A stretch of DNA of 15,102 nt from Elusimicrobiota bacterium (GTDB lineage: Bacteria > CG03 > SLGR01 > JBDRKX01): the NCBI GenBank assembly GCA_043813605.1, contig JBDRKX010000065.1, positions 1 through 15,102 of the forward strand. The letters run 5' to 3'. Position 1 is the stretch's first letter. Each line of letters starts with the position of its first letter. Of the stretch, positions 1 through 8,408 are shown in pieces. Both the position numbers and the translations under genes were made by a program. The notes beneath the pieces are model-generated. The model was not told the DNA's origin and searched no databases. It was given only the letters and a program-made list of their open reading frames with translations.

Positions 1-2
1 CC

Positions 3-785
3 TTCGTTAATAAACATCTGAGAGACGGCGACATCAAGCGATATTTCTATTACCGCTGCACAAACACATTCAAACATGAGTGGAACTCATGCCCTACCAA
101 ACAGATAAATGCAGATAAATTTGAGGATTTCGTACTGGATAACCTTGTCAGGATATCCAGAGATAATCAGTGGTTGGAGAATTTTATTTTTAGCCTCAAT
201 CACAAAAACAGCTTGGGGGGGCGAAGAAGACTCGAAATTTCCAATCCTGAAATCATATTTTCAAAAGAAACCCTAAAAAAACACCTGAAAAAAATAATAA
301 GAACAATCCAAACCCCGGGTGGGGCGGAAAGAAATATAAAAATAAAAAAAGAAATATCAGAAATATTTTACACCCCTGAAGAGATAAAAATTAATATAAA
401 ATATTCATCCGAATTGGACTCGTCCGCAGATTTGTCGACGAGGATGGGGGCTCGCCGACAATCACAGGACGAGTCCCGGGTTGTGAAAAAGTGCCGAGAC
501 GTTGCCCCGTGTAATAGCCTGGGGAATGGCGAGGCGCAGGGGGTGGTTATAAAAAACAAACCAGCCTCAGATTTCTCAAAAGCTGGTTCGTATCCAATGG
601 TTGGCTCCTCGGGTAAGACTCGAACTTACAACCTAGTGGTTAACAGCCACCCGCTCTGCCAATTGAGCTACCGAGGAACACTAAAATTACTGAAAAAGAA
701 CCTGCTATTTTCCGATTTGATTAGATTAATATATATAAATTTACACTATTTTTCAAATCACCGCAAACTATTGACGATTTCTTGA
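3..785 (+). CDS. Large serine recombinase/integrase, C-terminal part (Zn-ribbon domain); 5' end lies outside the window
   Basis: The frame of ORF 174..785 is open from base 3: FVNKHLRDGDIKRYFYYRCTNTFKHEWNSCPTKQINADKFEDFVLDNL. This matches the YYRC...C...I.A..LE..V Zn-ribbon motif of large serine recombinases. ERNIKIKKEISEIFYTPEEIKINIKY resembles their terminal helix/beta motif. The last ~60 codons overlap tRNA-Asn antisense and its upstream region. Confidence 0.8.
   Translation, partial: FVNKHLRDGDIKRYFYYRCTNTFKHEWNSCPTKQINADKFEDFVLDNLVRISRDNQWLENFIFSLNHKNSLGGRRRLEISNPEIIFSKETLKKHLKKIIRTIQTPGGAERNIKIKKEISEIFYTPEEIKINIKYSSELDSSADLSTRMGARRQSQDESRVVKKCRDVAPCNSLGNGEAQGVVIKNKPASDFSKAGSYPMVGSSGKTRTYNLVVNSHPLCQLSYRGTLKLLKKNLLFSDLIRLIYINLHYFSNHRKLLTIS
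551..588 (-). terminator. Putative intrinsic terminator of tRNA-Asn
   Basis: Inverted repeat AACCAGC (559-565)/GCTGGTT (582-588), followed on the minus strand by TGTTTTTT, 13 nt after the tRNA CCA. Confidence 0.5.
602..677 (-). tRNA. tRNA-Asn (GTT)
   Basis: Reverse complement TCCTCGG-TAGCTCAATTGGCAGAGC-G-GGTGG-CT-GTT-AA-CCACT-...-GTAAG-TTCGAGT-CTTAC-CCGAGGA-G-CCA; 76-nt cloverleaf. Confidence 0.97.
728..756 (-). promoter_or_regulatory. Putative sigma70 promoter of tRNA-Asn
   Basis: Minus strand TTGAAA (756-751), 17-nt spacer, TATATT (733-728). Confidence 0.5.
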
Positions 786-810
786 CATAAAACCCCAGTT
801 ATGTTAAAGT
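782..810 (+). promoter_or_regulatory. Putative sigma70 promoter of the PFOR gene
   Basis: TTGACA (782-787), 17-nt spacer with TG at 802-803 (extended -10), TAAAGT (805-810). RBS AAAGGAG precedes ATG 886. Confidence 0.65.
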
Positions 811-885
811 TTCATAATCATTTCGATTAAATATCATTTATAAAATAATTAAAGTTTTTAACAATTATAATTAAAGGAGTCTGTT

Positions 886-3800
886 ATGGATAAAAAAATG
901 TCTACAATCGATGGAAATACCGCCGCTGCCCATGTGGCCTACGCTTTCAGCGAAGTCGCTGCCATATACCCTATAACGCCCTCTTCCCAGATGGGTGAAC
1001 TGGCTGATTCGTGGGCGGCACACGGAAAGAAGAATATCTTCGGCGAAGAAGTTGACGTGATAGAGATGCAGTCCGAAGGCGGCGCCGCCGGAGCGGTCCA
1101 CGGCGCTCTGTCCGCAGGAGCACTCACAACAACTTTTACCGCATCGCAGGGACTATTGCTCATGATACCGAATATGCATAAGATCGCCGGGGAAATGCTC
1201 CCGACAGTGTTCCATGTATCCGCAAGATCTCTCGCATGCCAGTCATTATCGATATTCGGAGACCATTCCGACGTTATGTCAGTAAGAAATACCGGATTCG
1301 CGCTTGTAGCCGCCGCAGGCGTCCAGGAAACGATGGATCTTGCCATCGTATCCCATCTTGCTTCACTTGAAGCTAGGCTCCCGTTCTTGAACTTTTTTGA
1401 CGGGTTCAGGACATCGAGCGAGGTTCAGAAAGTAGAGATGATAGATTACGAGACCATGGCTTCCATGCTCGATATGAAGAATGTCGAGAATTTCAGGAAA
1501 CTGGCGCTCAATCCGGATAAACCTTTTCTGAAAGTCGGTGCGGAAAACCCCGATGTCTATTTCCAGGGCAGGGAAACCGTAAATAAATACTATATCGAGG
1601 CACCGGCAATCGTGCAGAAGTATATGGATGTCGTAGGTGAAAAAACCGGCCGGAAATACCGTCTTTTTGACTATGTCGGAGCGCCGGATGCGGAAAAAGT
1701 CATCATATCGATGGGGTCGTCCTGCGATACTATAGAAGAAACGGTTAACTATCTTACTTCCAAAGGCGAGAAAGTCGGCGCGGTCAAGGTAAGGCTCTAC
1801 CGGCCTTTTTCCGTTGAAGCGCTCAACAGTGTCATACCGGATTCAGTGAAAAAGATAGCGGTACTCGACAGGACAAAAGAACCGGGTTCAATAGGCGAAC
1901 CGCTTTACCTGGATGTCGTCGCGACATTGAAAGACAGGGGTATCGAGATAATCGGCGGCCGTTACGGACTCAGTTCCAAGGAATTTACGCCGTCAATGGT
2001 CAATGATGTATACAAACATCTCGATAATAAAGCGTTTCACGGGTTCACCGTCGGTATAACAGACGATCTGACAAACCTTTCCATACCGGCAACCGAAGAG
2101 ATAGACACTGAACCCGAAGGCACAAAAAGATGTGTCTTCTGGGGCTACGGTTCGGACGGCACAGTCGGTGCAAATAAGAACTCCATTAAGATAATCGGCG
2201 ACAATACCGATATGTTCGTACAGGCCTATTTCTCATATGATTCCAAAAAATCGGGAGGAATAACGATCTCTCATCTCAGGTTCGGTAACCAGAAGATACA
2301 GTCTCCCTACCTGATCAGACAGGCTGATTTTATCGCGCTCCATAACCAGGCATATATAGGCCGTTATGATATACTCGGCCCTGCAAAAGAAGGCGGTACT
2401 TTTCTTCTTAACTCAGAATGGTCGAATGAAGAAGTATTCAGTAAACTTTCAAGAGACCTCCAGGAAGCCATAATCAACAAAAAACTCAAGTTCTACAATA
2501 TTGATGCGCTTAAGATAGCACAGGAAGTGGGACTCGGTGTAAGAATAAACACGGTTATGCAGGCCGCATTCTTCATCGTATCAGGCATACTTCCGAAAGA
2601 TAAAGCCATCCAGCTCATAAAAGATACCATTAAAAAGAGCTACTCGAGCAAGGGAGAAAAAATCGTTAAAATGAACTGGGACGCAGTAGACCGGGCCGAA
2701 GCGGCTCTTCAGGAAATAGCGTGTCCTGATTCTGTCGATAAGATAACTGAATCGTTTACTTCGCCCAAGCTCATACCGGAAAATGCAGGTGAATTTGCAA
2801 AAAATATCATTGACAAAATAATGCATCTTAAAGGCGATGATATACCCGTATCTGACATGCCTGTTGATGGTGCGGTACCCACCGGTACCACTACTCTTGA
2901 AAAACGCGGGATCGCGCCGCTGATCCCCCACTGGATCCCGGAGAACTGTATCCAGTGCGCAATGTGTTCCATAGTCTGCCCGCACGCCGCTATCAGAGTC
3001 AAACAGATGGCGCCCGATGAGCTTAAAACCGCGCCCGGCAGTTTCAATACAGTCGATTCCAAGACCAAGAACGAAAAGGGACTCAAATTCAAAGTACAGG
3101 TATATACAGAAGATTGTACCGGCTGCGGTAACTGTATCAATATATGCCCGACTAAAGAGAAATCCCTTGTCTTTAAACCTATAGAAAAAGAACGGGATGC
3201 GGGTGAACAGGAAAACGCCGATTTCTTTGATAAGCTACCGGATGATATACTCGACGGGGCACCCATAAACACGCTAAAAGGCAGCCAGTTCAGAAAACCG
3301 CTGTTCGAGTTCTCGGGCGCATGCGCCGGTTGCGGAGAAACTCCGTATGTTAAACTCGCTACCCAGCTTTTCGGCGAACGGATGGTAATCGCCAATGCCA
3401 CTGGATGTTCTTCGATATTCGGGGGTACGTTCCCCACAATACCGTATACAAAAAGCAAACGCGGTAAAGGTCCCGTATGGGCCAACTCTCTTTTTGAAGA
3501 CAATGCGGAATACGGTTACGGCATGCGCCTTGCCGTAGATGCCAGCAGGAAACAGCTCAGCTCAGTCCTTAAAAAAATTGTTGGCTCAGCTTCAACAGAA
3601 CTTAAAGCGGCAATAGAGAAAAACCTCGAATACTGGGATAATACTGACGAAGAAGCCATGACGGCTGCCGGTATGACAAAAGGATTACTTCAAAAAGAAC
3701 TCGACTCGGCAACCGGTGAAACCGTAGCGCTTATCAAAAAAGCCATAGGACTCGAAGATAATATAGTCAACCGTTCCGTATGGTGTTTCGGCGGTGACGG

Positions 3801-4413
3801 CTGGGCTTATGATATAGGTTACGGCGGACTGGACCATGTACTTGCATCCAACAAGAATATAAACGTACTTGTCCTGGATACCGAAGTATACTCTAACACC
3901 GGCGGCCAGTCCTCGAAAGCGACTCCCCTGGCATCTGTAGCCAAGTTTGCCGCCGCAGGAAAGAGGACAGGCAAGAAAGACCTCGGTCTTATCAGTATGA
4001 GCTACGGATATATATATGTCGCTTCTATCGCACTCGGAGCCAACCAGATGCATACAATAAAAGCATTCCTTGAAGCTGAAGCATACAATGGACCGTCACT
4101 GATCATAGCTTATGCGCCCTGTATAGCTCACGGTATAGATATGTCAAAAACATACAATGAAGAAAAAGAAGCGGTGCTCTCCGGGTACTGGCCTCTTTAC
4201 AGGTATAATCCGCTGCTCAGTGCAGAAGGCAAAAACCCGTTTATCTACGAGACAAAAGACCCGAAATCTGACCTTATGGCTTTTCTGATGAATGAAGTGC
4301 GGTACTCAACCCTGAAACTGCAGTTTCCTGAAATAGCAGACGGCTTATACGAACAGGCTATCAAGTTCAAGAAAGATAAACACGAGTTTTACAAGAAGTT
4401 CAGTCAGATCTAA
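886..4413 (+). CDS. nifJ: Pyruvate:ferredoxin (flavodoxin) oxidoreductase, single-chain
   Basis: 1175 aa with DGNTAAA, YPITPSS, MQSEGGAAG, TFTASQGLLLM, GSDGTVGANK, two CxxCxxCxxxCP ferredoxin motifs, ACAGCGE and the TPP motif GGDGWAYDIG...EVYSNTGGQ. Confidence 0.97.
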   Translation: MDKKMSTIDGNTAAAHVAYAFSEVAAIYPITPSSQMGELADSWAAHGKKNIFGEEVDVIEMQSEGGAAGAVHGALSAGALTTTFTASQGLLLMIPNMHKIAGEMLPTVFHVSARSLACQSLSIFGDHSDVMSVRNTGFALVAAAGVQETMDLAIVSHLASLEARLPFLNFFDGFRTSSEVQKVEMIDYETMASMLDMKNVENFRKLALNPDKPFLKVGAENPDVYFQGRETVNKYYIEAPAIVQKYMDVVGEKTGRKYRLFDYVGAPDAEKVIISMGSSCDTIEETVNYLTSKGEKVGAVKVRLYRPFSVEALNSVIPDSVKKIAVLDRTKEPGSIGEPLYLDVVATLKDRGIEIIGGRYGLSSKEFTPSMVNDVYKHLDNKAFHGFTVGITDDLTNLSIPATEEIDTEPEGTKRCVFWGYGSDGTVGANKNSIKIIGDNTDMFVQAYFSYDSKKSGGITISHLRFGNQKIQSPYLIRQADFIALHNQAYIGRYDILGPAKEGGTFLLNSEWSNEEVFSKLSRDLQEAIINKKLKFYNIDALKIAQEVGLGVRINTVMQAAFFIVSGILPKDKAIQLIKDTIKKSYSSKGEKIVKMNWDAVDRAEAALQEIACPDSVDKITESFTSPKLIPENAGEFAKNIIDKIMHLKGDDIPVSDMPVDGAVPTGTTTLEKRGIAPLIPHWIPENCIQCAMCSIVCPHAAIRVKQMAPDELKTAPGSFNTVDSKTKNEKGLKFKVQVYTEDCTGCGNCINICPTKEKSLVFKPIEKERDAGEQENADFFDKLPDDILDGAPINTLKGSQFRKPLFEFSGACAGCGETPYVKLATQLFGERMVIANATGCSSIFGGTFPTIPYTKSKRGKGPVWANSLFEDNAEYGYGMRLAVDASRKQLSSVLKKIVGSASTELKAAIEKNLEYWDNTDEEAMTAAGMTKGLLQKELDSATGETVALIKKAIGLEDNIVNRSVWCFGGDGWAYDIGYGGLDHVLASNKNINVLVLDTEVYSNTGGQSSKATPLASVAKFAAAGKRTGKKDLGLISMSYGYIYVASIALGANQMHTIKAFLEAEAYNGPSLIIAYAPCIAHGIDMSKTYNEEKEAVLSGYWPLYRYNPLLSAEGKNPFIYETKDPKSDLMAFLMNEVRYSTLKLQFPEIADGLYEQAIKFKKDKHEFYKKFSQI

Positions 4414-4422
4414 AGTAGCCGG

Positions 4423-5022
4423 CTAGAACTCTCTTCTGCCTTCAAGTGCTTTACCGAGTGTAACGCTGTCAGCATATTCAAGGTTTCCGCCTATAGGAAC
4501 ACCGTGCGCTATCCTGGTAACCAAAACAGGAGTATCGTCCAGCATGTCTTTTATATATATTGCTGTGGCTTCGCCCTCTACATTAGGGTCAGTGGCTATT
4601 ATTACTTCTTTTATGGAAGAATTCTTTATCCGTTCGATTAATTTATTTATCTTCAGGTCTTCGGGACCTATCCCGTTCAGTGGAGACAATGAGCCCAGTA
4701 ACACGTGGTACAAACCCTTGTATTCTCCCGAAGATTCTACTGCCAGTATATCCTGCGGATTTTCTACCACACAGATCAGCGTTCTGTCCCTGGAACTGTC
4801 ATCGCATATGCTGCAGACCTCCATGTCGGTTATACTTGAACACTCACGGCAATATCCGACTGACTCCCGGGCAGTTTTCACAGCTTCGGAAAGTTCATCA
4901 GCCTCGGATTTCGGGTTTTTTATTAAATGAAAAGCAAGCCGCTGTGCGGATCTCGGGCCTATCCCGGGAAGTCTCGAAAATGCATTGACCAGTCTTTCAA
5001 CCGATTCAGGAAGTTTGAACAT
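4423..5022 (-). CDS. recR: Recombination mediator RecR
   Basis: LPGIGPRSAQRLAFHL helix-hairpin-helix, CxxC...CxxC Zn finger, TOPRIM ICVVE...ATDPNVEGEATA, VTRIAHGVPIGGNLEYAD. The start overlaps the ybaB stop (TGATG). Confidence 0.98.
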   Translation of the reverse strand: MFKLPESVERLVNAFSRLPGIGPRSAQRLAFHLIKNPKSEADELSEAVKTARESVGYCRECSSITDMEVCSICDDSSRDRTLICVVENPQDILAVESSGEYKGLYHVLLGSLSPLNGIGPEDLKINKLIERIKNSSIKEVIIATDPNVEGEATAIYIKDMLDDTPVLVTRIAHGVPIGGNLEYADSVTLGKALEGRREF

Positions 5023-5312
5023 CAGCCCATTAACCCTGAAAGGTCCAGCCCCCCCATTGCGTTCTTGGCTTTTTCCTTAAACAAGTTCATCTGCTTTTTA
5101 AAACATGAGTTTATGACCGCTGCTGTAGCACTATTTATTTTTTCTCTCCCTCCCTGATAGAGTTCTTCCGATATTTCAAAACTCTTTACCGACCCATCTC
5201 CTGTTATTGTCAATCTAGCGCCGTTTATCTCGTCTTCTACAGTCGTTTTGGCAATCTCCTTCTGTATATTCTTGAGGTTTTTTGCCTGTTTCATCAATTT
5301 CATCATATCCAT
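5022..5312 (-). CDS. ybaB: YbaB/EbfC family nucleoid-associated protein
   Basis: 96 aa, MMKLMKQAK...ITGDG...AVIN...AMGGLDLSG, in the conserved dnaX-ybaB-recR order. Confidence 0.88.
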   Translation of the reverse strand: MDMMKLMKQAKNLKNIQKEIAKTTVEDEINGARLTITGDGSVKSFEISEELYQGGREKINSATAAVINSCFKKQMNLFKEKAKNAMGGLDLSGLMG

Positions 5313-5315
5313 TGC

Positions 5316-6947
5316 CTACTCCTTCTCTATCCTGCCTTTAAAAAGATTTACTATGGTGCCCACAACCGGCTCATCCTGTTCTATCTGGGCCGGTGTAGCA
5401 AACTCTTTATCTGTATTTTCGTTATTGTTTTCTTCTTCAGAAACAGCATATTCTTTTCCTTCCCTGATCACATTGAGATAAAAACCTTCTCCCATGATAT
5501 CTTTCACGGTTTCCTTTAAAATATTATTCTGCCGTTCGGTCATATCAAGATTGCCTGTATAAGTAATCTTTATTTCCTTTCCCTTGAGCACCGCCGTTGA
5601 TTCTTTTAATGAATGATACAGAGGTTGCGATCTTTTATTTAACTGCTCCAGGATCTGTTCCCACTTCCCTCCGCTGGACGGTTTTTTTACATCCGCTTTC
5701 AGTTCTTTTGCGACTCTTTTCGGATGCTCGTCAGGCGTTTTTTCTGATTTTTTGTCCGGGATAGAATGACCCGCGCTGACGCTGTTGCCGCTTATTGCCG
5801 GCTCATCCGCTATAACGCCCCCGCCTTTTTCGACGATTTCCATTATATCTTCGAAACTTACGTATTTCTGGCATAATTTAAACAGTATCGTATCCATAAC
5901 TATATGCTGATTATCTGCATATTTTATCCTAGGAATATTTCTCGAAAGAAATTCTATTATCCATACGAGCTGTTCTTTTGAAAAGTCTCCTGCCGATTCA
6001 CTCAGTTTGTCGGAATATTCTTTTCCAATACCGAGAAACCCTGTTGCCGGACCGAAAACCTTGGCAAACATCATGTTTCTGAAATGCATAAGCATATCGT
6101 TAAAAAGCGTATTCAGGTTATATCCGTCCCGGAAAAGCTTATTTGTCAATTCCAGGGCATCTTTTATATTCCTGGTTTTTATGTAATCGGTATAAGAGAA
6201 CAGTATATCTCTCGGTATCAATCCCAGTATCTCAGTAACATCTTCTGCAGTGATATTTCCGTCGGAATAAGAAATAACCTGATCCATTATACTCTGTGCA
6301 TCACGCACACTTCCAGCACCTGCGCGGGTGATGAGCCACAATCCCTCTTCATCACATTCTACATTTTCTTTTTTTAGTATTTCCTGGAGGTTTTCCATTA
6401 TGAATTTTTCCGGTATAAGCCTGAAATTAAAGCTCTGGCACCTTGACGTTATCGTATCGAGCACTTTCTCGAGTTCAGTTGTTGCCATTATAAATATGAC
6501 ATGGGGAGGAGGTTCTTCAAGCGTTTTCAATATTGCATTAAATGCTTCTTTTGTGAGCATATGCACTTCATCGATTATATATACCTTGTATTTCCCCCCG
6601 ATTGGCGCAAACTTTATGTTTTCCCTGAGTCTTCTTATTTCTTCTATTCCCCTGTTCGACGCCGCGTCTATCTCAATCACATCCATAGATTCTGATTTGG
6701 TTATTTCATTACATGACGCGCACTTATTGCACGGGTCCTCATTCTTCCTGTCCATGCAGTTCACGGCTTTTGCGAATATTCTTGCTGTGGTAGTCTTCCC
6801 TACTCCTCTCGGACCGGAAAAAAGGTATGCATGGGATATCTTATCCAGTTTTATGGCGTTTCGCAGAGTCCGCGCGATATGTTCCTGGCCTATAACATCA
6901 TTGAATATCTGCGGCCTGTATTTTCTTGCTATTACCAGATAGGACAT
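5316..6947 (-). CDS. dnaX: DNA polymerase III subunit gamma/tau
   Basis: ARKYRPQ, Walker A GPRGVGKTT, Zn-binding Cys cluster, EIDAASN, IIDEVHML, LKTLEEPP, SRC motif. Confidence 0.98.
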   Translation of the reverse strand: MSYLVIARKYRPQIFNDVIGQEHIARTLRNAIKLDKISHAYLFSGPRGVGKTTTARIFAKAVNCMDRKNEDPCNKCASCNEITKSESMDVIEIDAASNRGIEEIRRLRENIKFAPIGGKYKVYIIDEVHMLTKEAFNAILKTLEEPPPHVIFIMATTELEKVLDTITSRCQSFNFRLIPEKFIMENLQEILKKENVECDEEGLWLITRAGAGSVRDAQSIMDQVISYSDGNITAEDVTEILGLIPRDILFSYTDYIKTRNIKDALELTNKLFRDGYNLNTLFNDMLMHFRNMMFAKVFGPATGFLGIGKEYSDKLSESAGDFSKEQLVWIIEFLSRNIPRIKYADNQHIVMDTILFKLCQKYVSFEDIMEIVEKGGGVIADEPAISGNSVSAGHSIPDKKSEKTPDEHPKRVAKELKADVKKPSSGGKWEQILEQLNKRSQPLYHSLKESTAVLKGKEIKITYTGNLDMTERQNNILKETVKDIMGEGFYLNVIREGKEYAVSEEENNNENTDKEFATPAQIEQDEPVVGTIVNLFKGRIEKE

Positions 6948-6961
6948 TTTAATTCCTTTTT

Positions 6962-7834
6962 TTACCCGGCGATATGCCTTCTCTTGTTTTTCAGCATACT
7001 GACGGACGCTAATTCTATCATGCGTTTTACATGCTCCATATCATCTTCATAAGTAGCCATTCCAATGCTTACAGAAAACACTATTCTTTCTCCGTCCTGA
7101 CCATATATAAACAATTTGTCTTGCAGGCTTTTCCTTATTTTTTCCATAACTTTATCAGAACGTTTTTGATTGGTCTCCGGAAGCAATATGGCAAATTCGT
7201 CATCCGAGTATTTTATAACCAGATCTGTATTCCTGAAAAGTTTCCTTATTTCAAATGCTACTTTCTTTACCGCCTGATCACCTATCTCTATACCATAATT
7301 CTCGTTAATGGTCTTCAATCCGTCAACATCCATCATTATTAATGAAAATACCTGATCATACCTCTTTGCCATATTAAAAAACAGCATGGCCTGAATACCG
7401 AAAAAATTCGCATTATAGAGCCCTGTTAACGGATCTGTCATCGAGACTTCGTTGTAAGATCTCTTCATTTCCAGTACAGTATCTACTGTGCTTAACAGTT
7501 CGTCCGGATCCAGCGGTTTTGTCAGATATTTTCCTTTAAGAAAATCGTAATCTTCAGGTCTGGTTTCCAGCATCTCCTTATCCATCATCATTATTACAGG
7601 TATACTGGCATTAGACACATACTCTTCAAGCTCAGTTTTTATGTCTTTTTTTTCCGGAGCAAAAACGTTTATGTCTATGAGTATTAGTTTTGGCATTGTG
7701 AGTTTCAGTTTACTGAATACTTCTTCTGTGTTTTTTGCCCTTATTACCTTGTACCCCTCCGCTGACATGATCTTTGTCATGTCTTTGGATAATTCCAGAT
7801 CATTGTTAACAATCAATATTTCTTCTCTTCTCAT
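6962..7834 (-). CDS. Receiver + GGDEF-domain protein with degenerate active site (SDDEF)
   Basis: N-terminal REC domain (ILIVNND...LILID...LTKP). GGDEF domain has DPLTGLYN, DVDGLKTINENYG...GD, RNTDLVIKYSDDEFAILLP and SVSIG. Confidence 0.9.
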   Translation of the reverse strand: MRREEILIVNNDLELSKDMTKIMSAEGYKVIRAKNTEEVFSKLKLTMPKLILIDINVFAPEKKDIKTELEEYVSNASIPVIMMMDKEMLETRPEDYDFLKGKYLTKPLDPDELLSTVDTVLEMKRSYNEVSMTDPLTGLYNANFFGIQAMLFFNMAKRYDQVFSLIMMDVDGLKTINENYGIEIGDQAVKKVAFEIRKLFRNTDLVIKYSDDEFAILLPETNQKRSDKVMEKIRKSLQDKLFIYGQDGERIVFSVSIGMATYEDDMEHVKRMIELASVSMLKNKRRHIAG

Positions 7835-8226
7835 TCTACTGTACCTTCTGCTGAAGTATCTTCCGGTTGGAATATATTTTTTATCCTATTAAAAAACTCG
7901 TCATAATCAAGCGGTTTGTTAAAATAACTTTCTTCGCTTATTCCCAGATCTGTCACCATGCTGCTATCGTAACGTGTACCGCTTATGATTATTATCGGTA
8001 TATCTTTGCTGTCTTTGCTAGATTTTAGTTTTTTGCAGAAATTAAATCCGTCCGTATCCGGAAGATTTATATCAACAATTATCAAATCGGGTTTTATTTC
8101 TTTTGTTAACAGTAGACCTCTCTGGCAATTATACGCCGTGTGGTATTCATACGGTTTTCTGTCAAATAGTCTCTGCATTGTATCAACAAATGCACTATCA
8201 TCGTCTATTAACAATACTTTTTTCAT
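7831..8226 (-). CDS. Single-domain response regulator receiver (CheY-like)
   Basis: VLLIDDD, PDLIIVDINLPDTDG, IPIIIISG, NKP. Overlaps the next gene by 4 nt (ATGA-type coupling). Confidence 0.92.
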   Translation of the reverse strand: MKKVLLIDDDSAFVDTMQRLFDRKPYEYHTAYNCQRGLLLTKEIKPDLIIVDINLPDTDGFNFCKKLKSSKDSKDIPIIIISGTRYDSSMVTDLGISEESYFNKPLDYDEFFNRIKNIFQPEDTSAEGTVE

Positions 8227-8315
8227 TTTATGCCATCCTTTTCTATAACATTACTGAATATCGCCCGAGGATCATTAACAGCAGGGCTTCACAGCATCTT
8301 GTCTTCTAATATAAT

Positions 8316-8348
8316 TGGTGGAGATGAGGGGATTCGAACCCCTGGCCT
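8316..8348 (-). repeat. Exact 33-bp duplicate of the tRNA-Ala 3' end (att-like direct repeat)
   Basis: TGGTGGAGATGAGGGGATTCGAACCCCTGGCCT is identical at 8316-8348 and 8504-8536. Confidence 0.95.
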
Positions 8349-8408
8349 CGCTTCGCTCTCCATTGGGGCTTTGCCCCTCTGGCGGTCACTCCATTCCCTG
8401 TCATCCCC
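8316..8408 (-). ncRNA. Putative 93-nt tRNA-Ala-like RNA (acceptor stem + T-arm, non-canonical core)
   Basis: The minus strand begins GGGGATG, the same as the real tRNA-Ala 5' end, and ends AGGGG-TTCGAAT-CCCCT-CATCTCC-A-CCA. The middle has a GGGGC-AAA-GCCCC hairpin instead of D and anticodon arms. Confidence 0.4.

Noticed and set aside
174..176. TTG at 174 as the start of a 203-aa protein
   Set aside because: The frame is open from base 3 and the diagnostic Zn-ribbon motif lies upstream, so this is the tail of a longer gene.
871..4053. Minus-strand ORFs inside PFOR (871-1101, 939-1346, 2581-2985, 2709-3503, 3685-4053)
   Set aside because: Antisense shadows of a strongly conserved gene, with no recognisable motifs.
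6368..6376. A7G slippery-like run in dnaX as a gamma/tau frameshift site
   Set aside because: It lies near codon 190, too early to give a functional gamma subunit. I saw no canonical A AAA AAG plus hairpin near the domain III/IV boundary.
4544..8309. Plus-strand ORFs opposite recR, ybaB, dnaX and the REC genes
   Set aside because: Antisense shadow ORFs without independent evidence.
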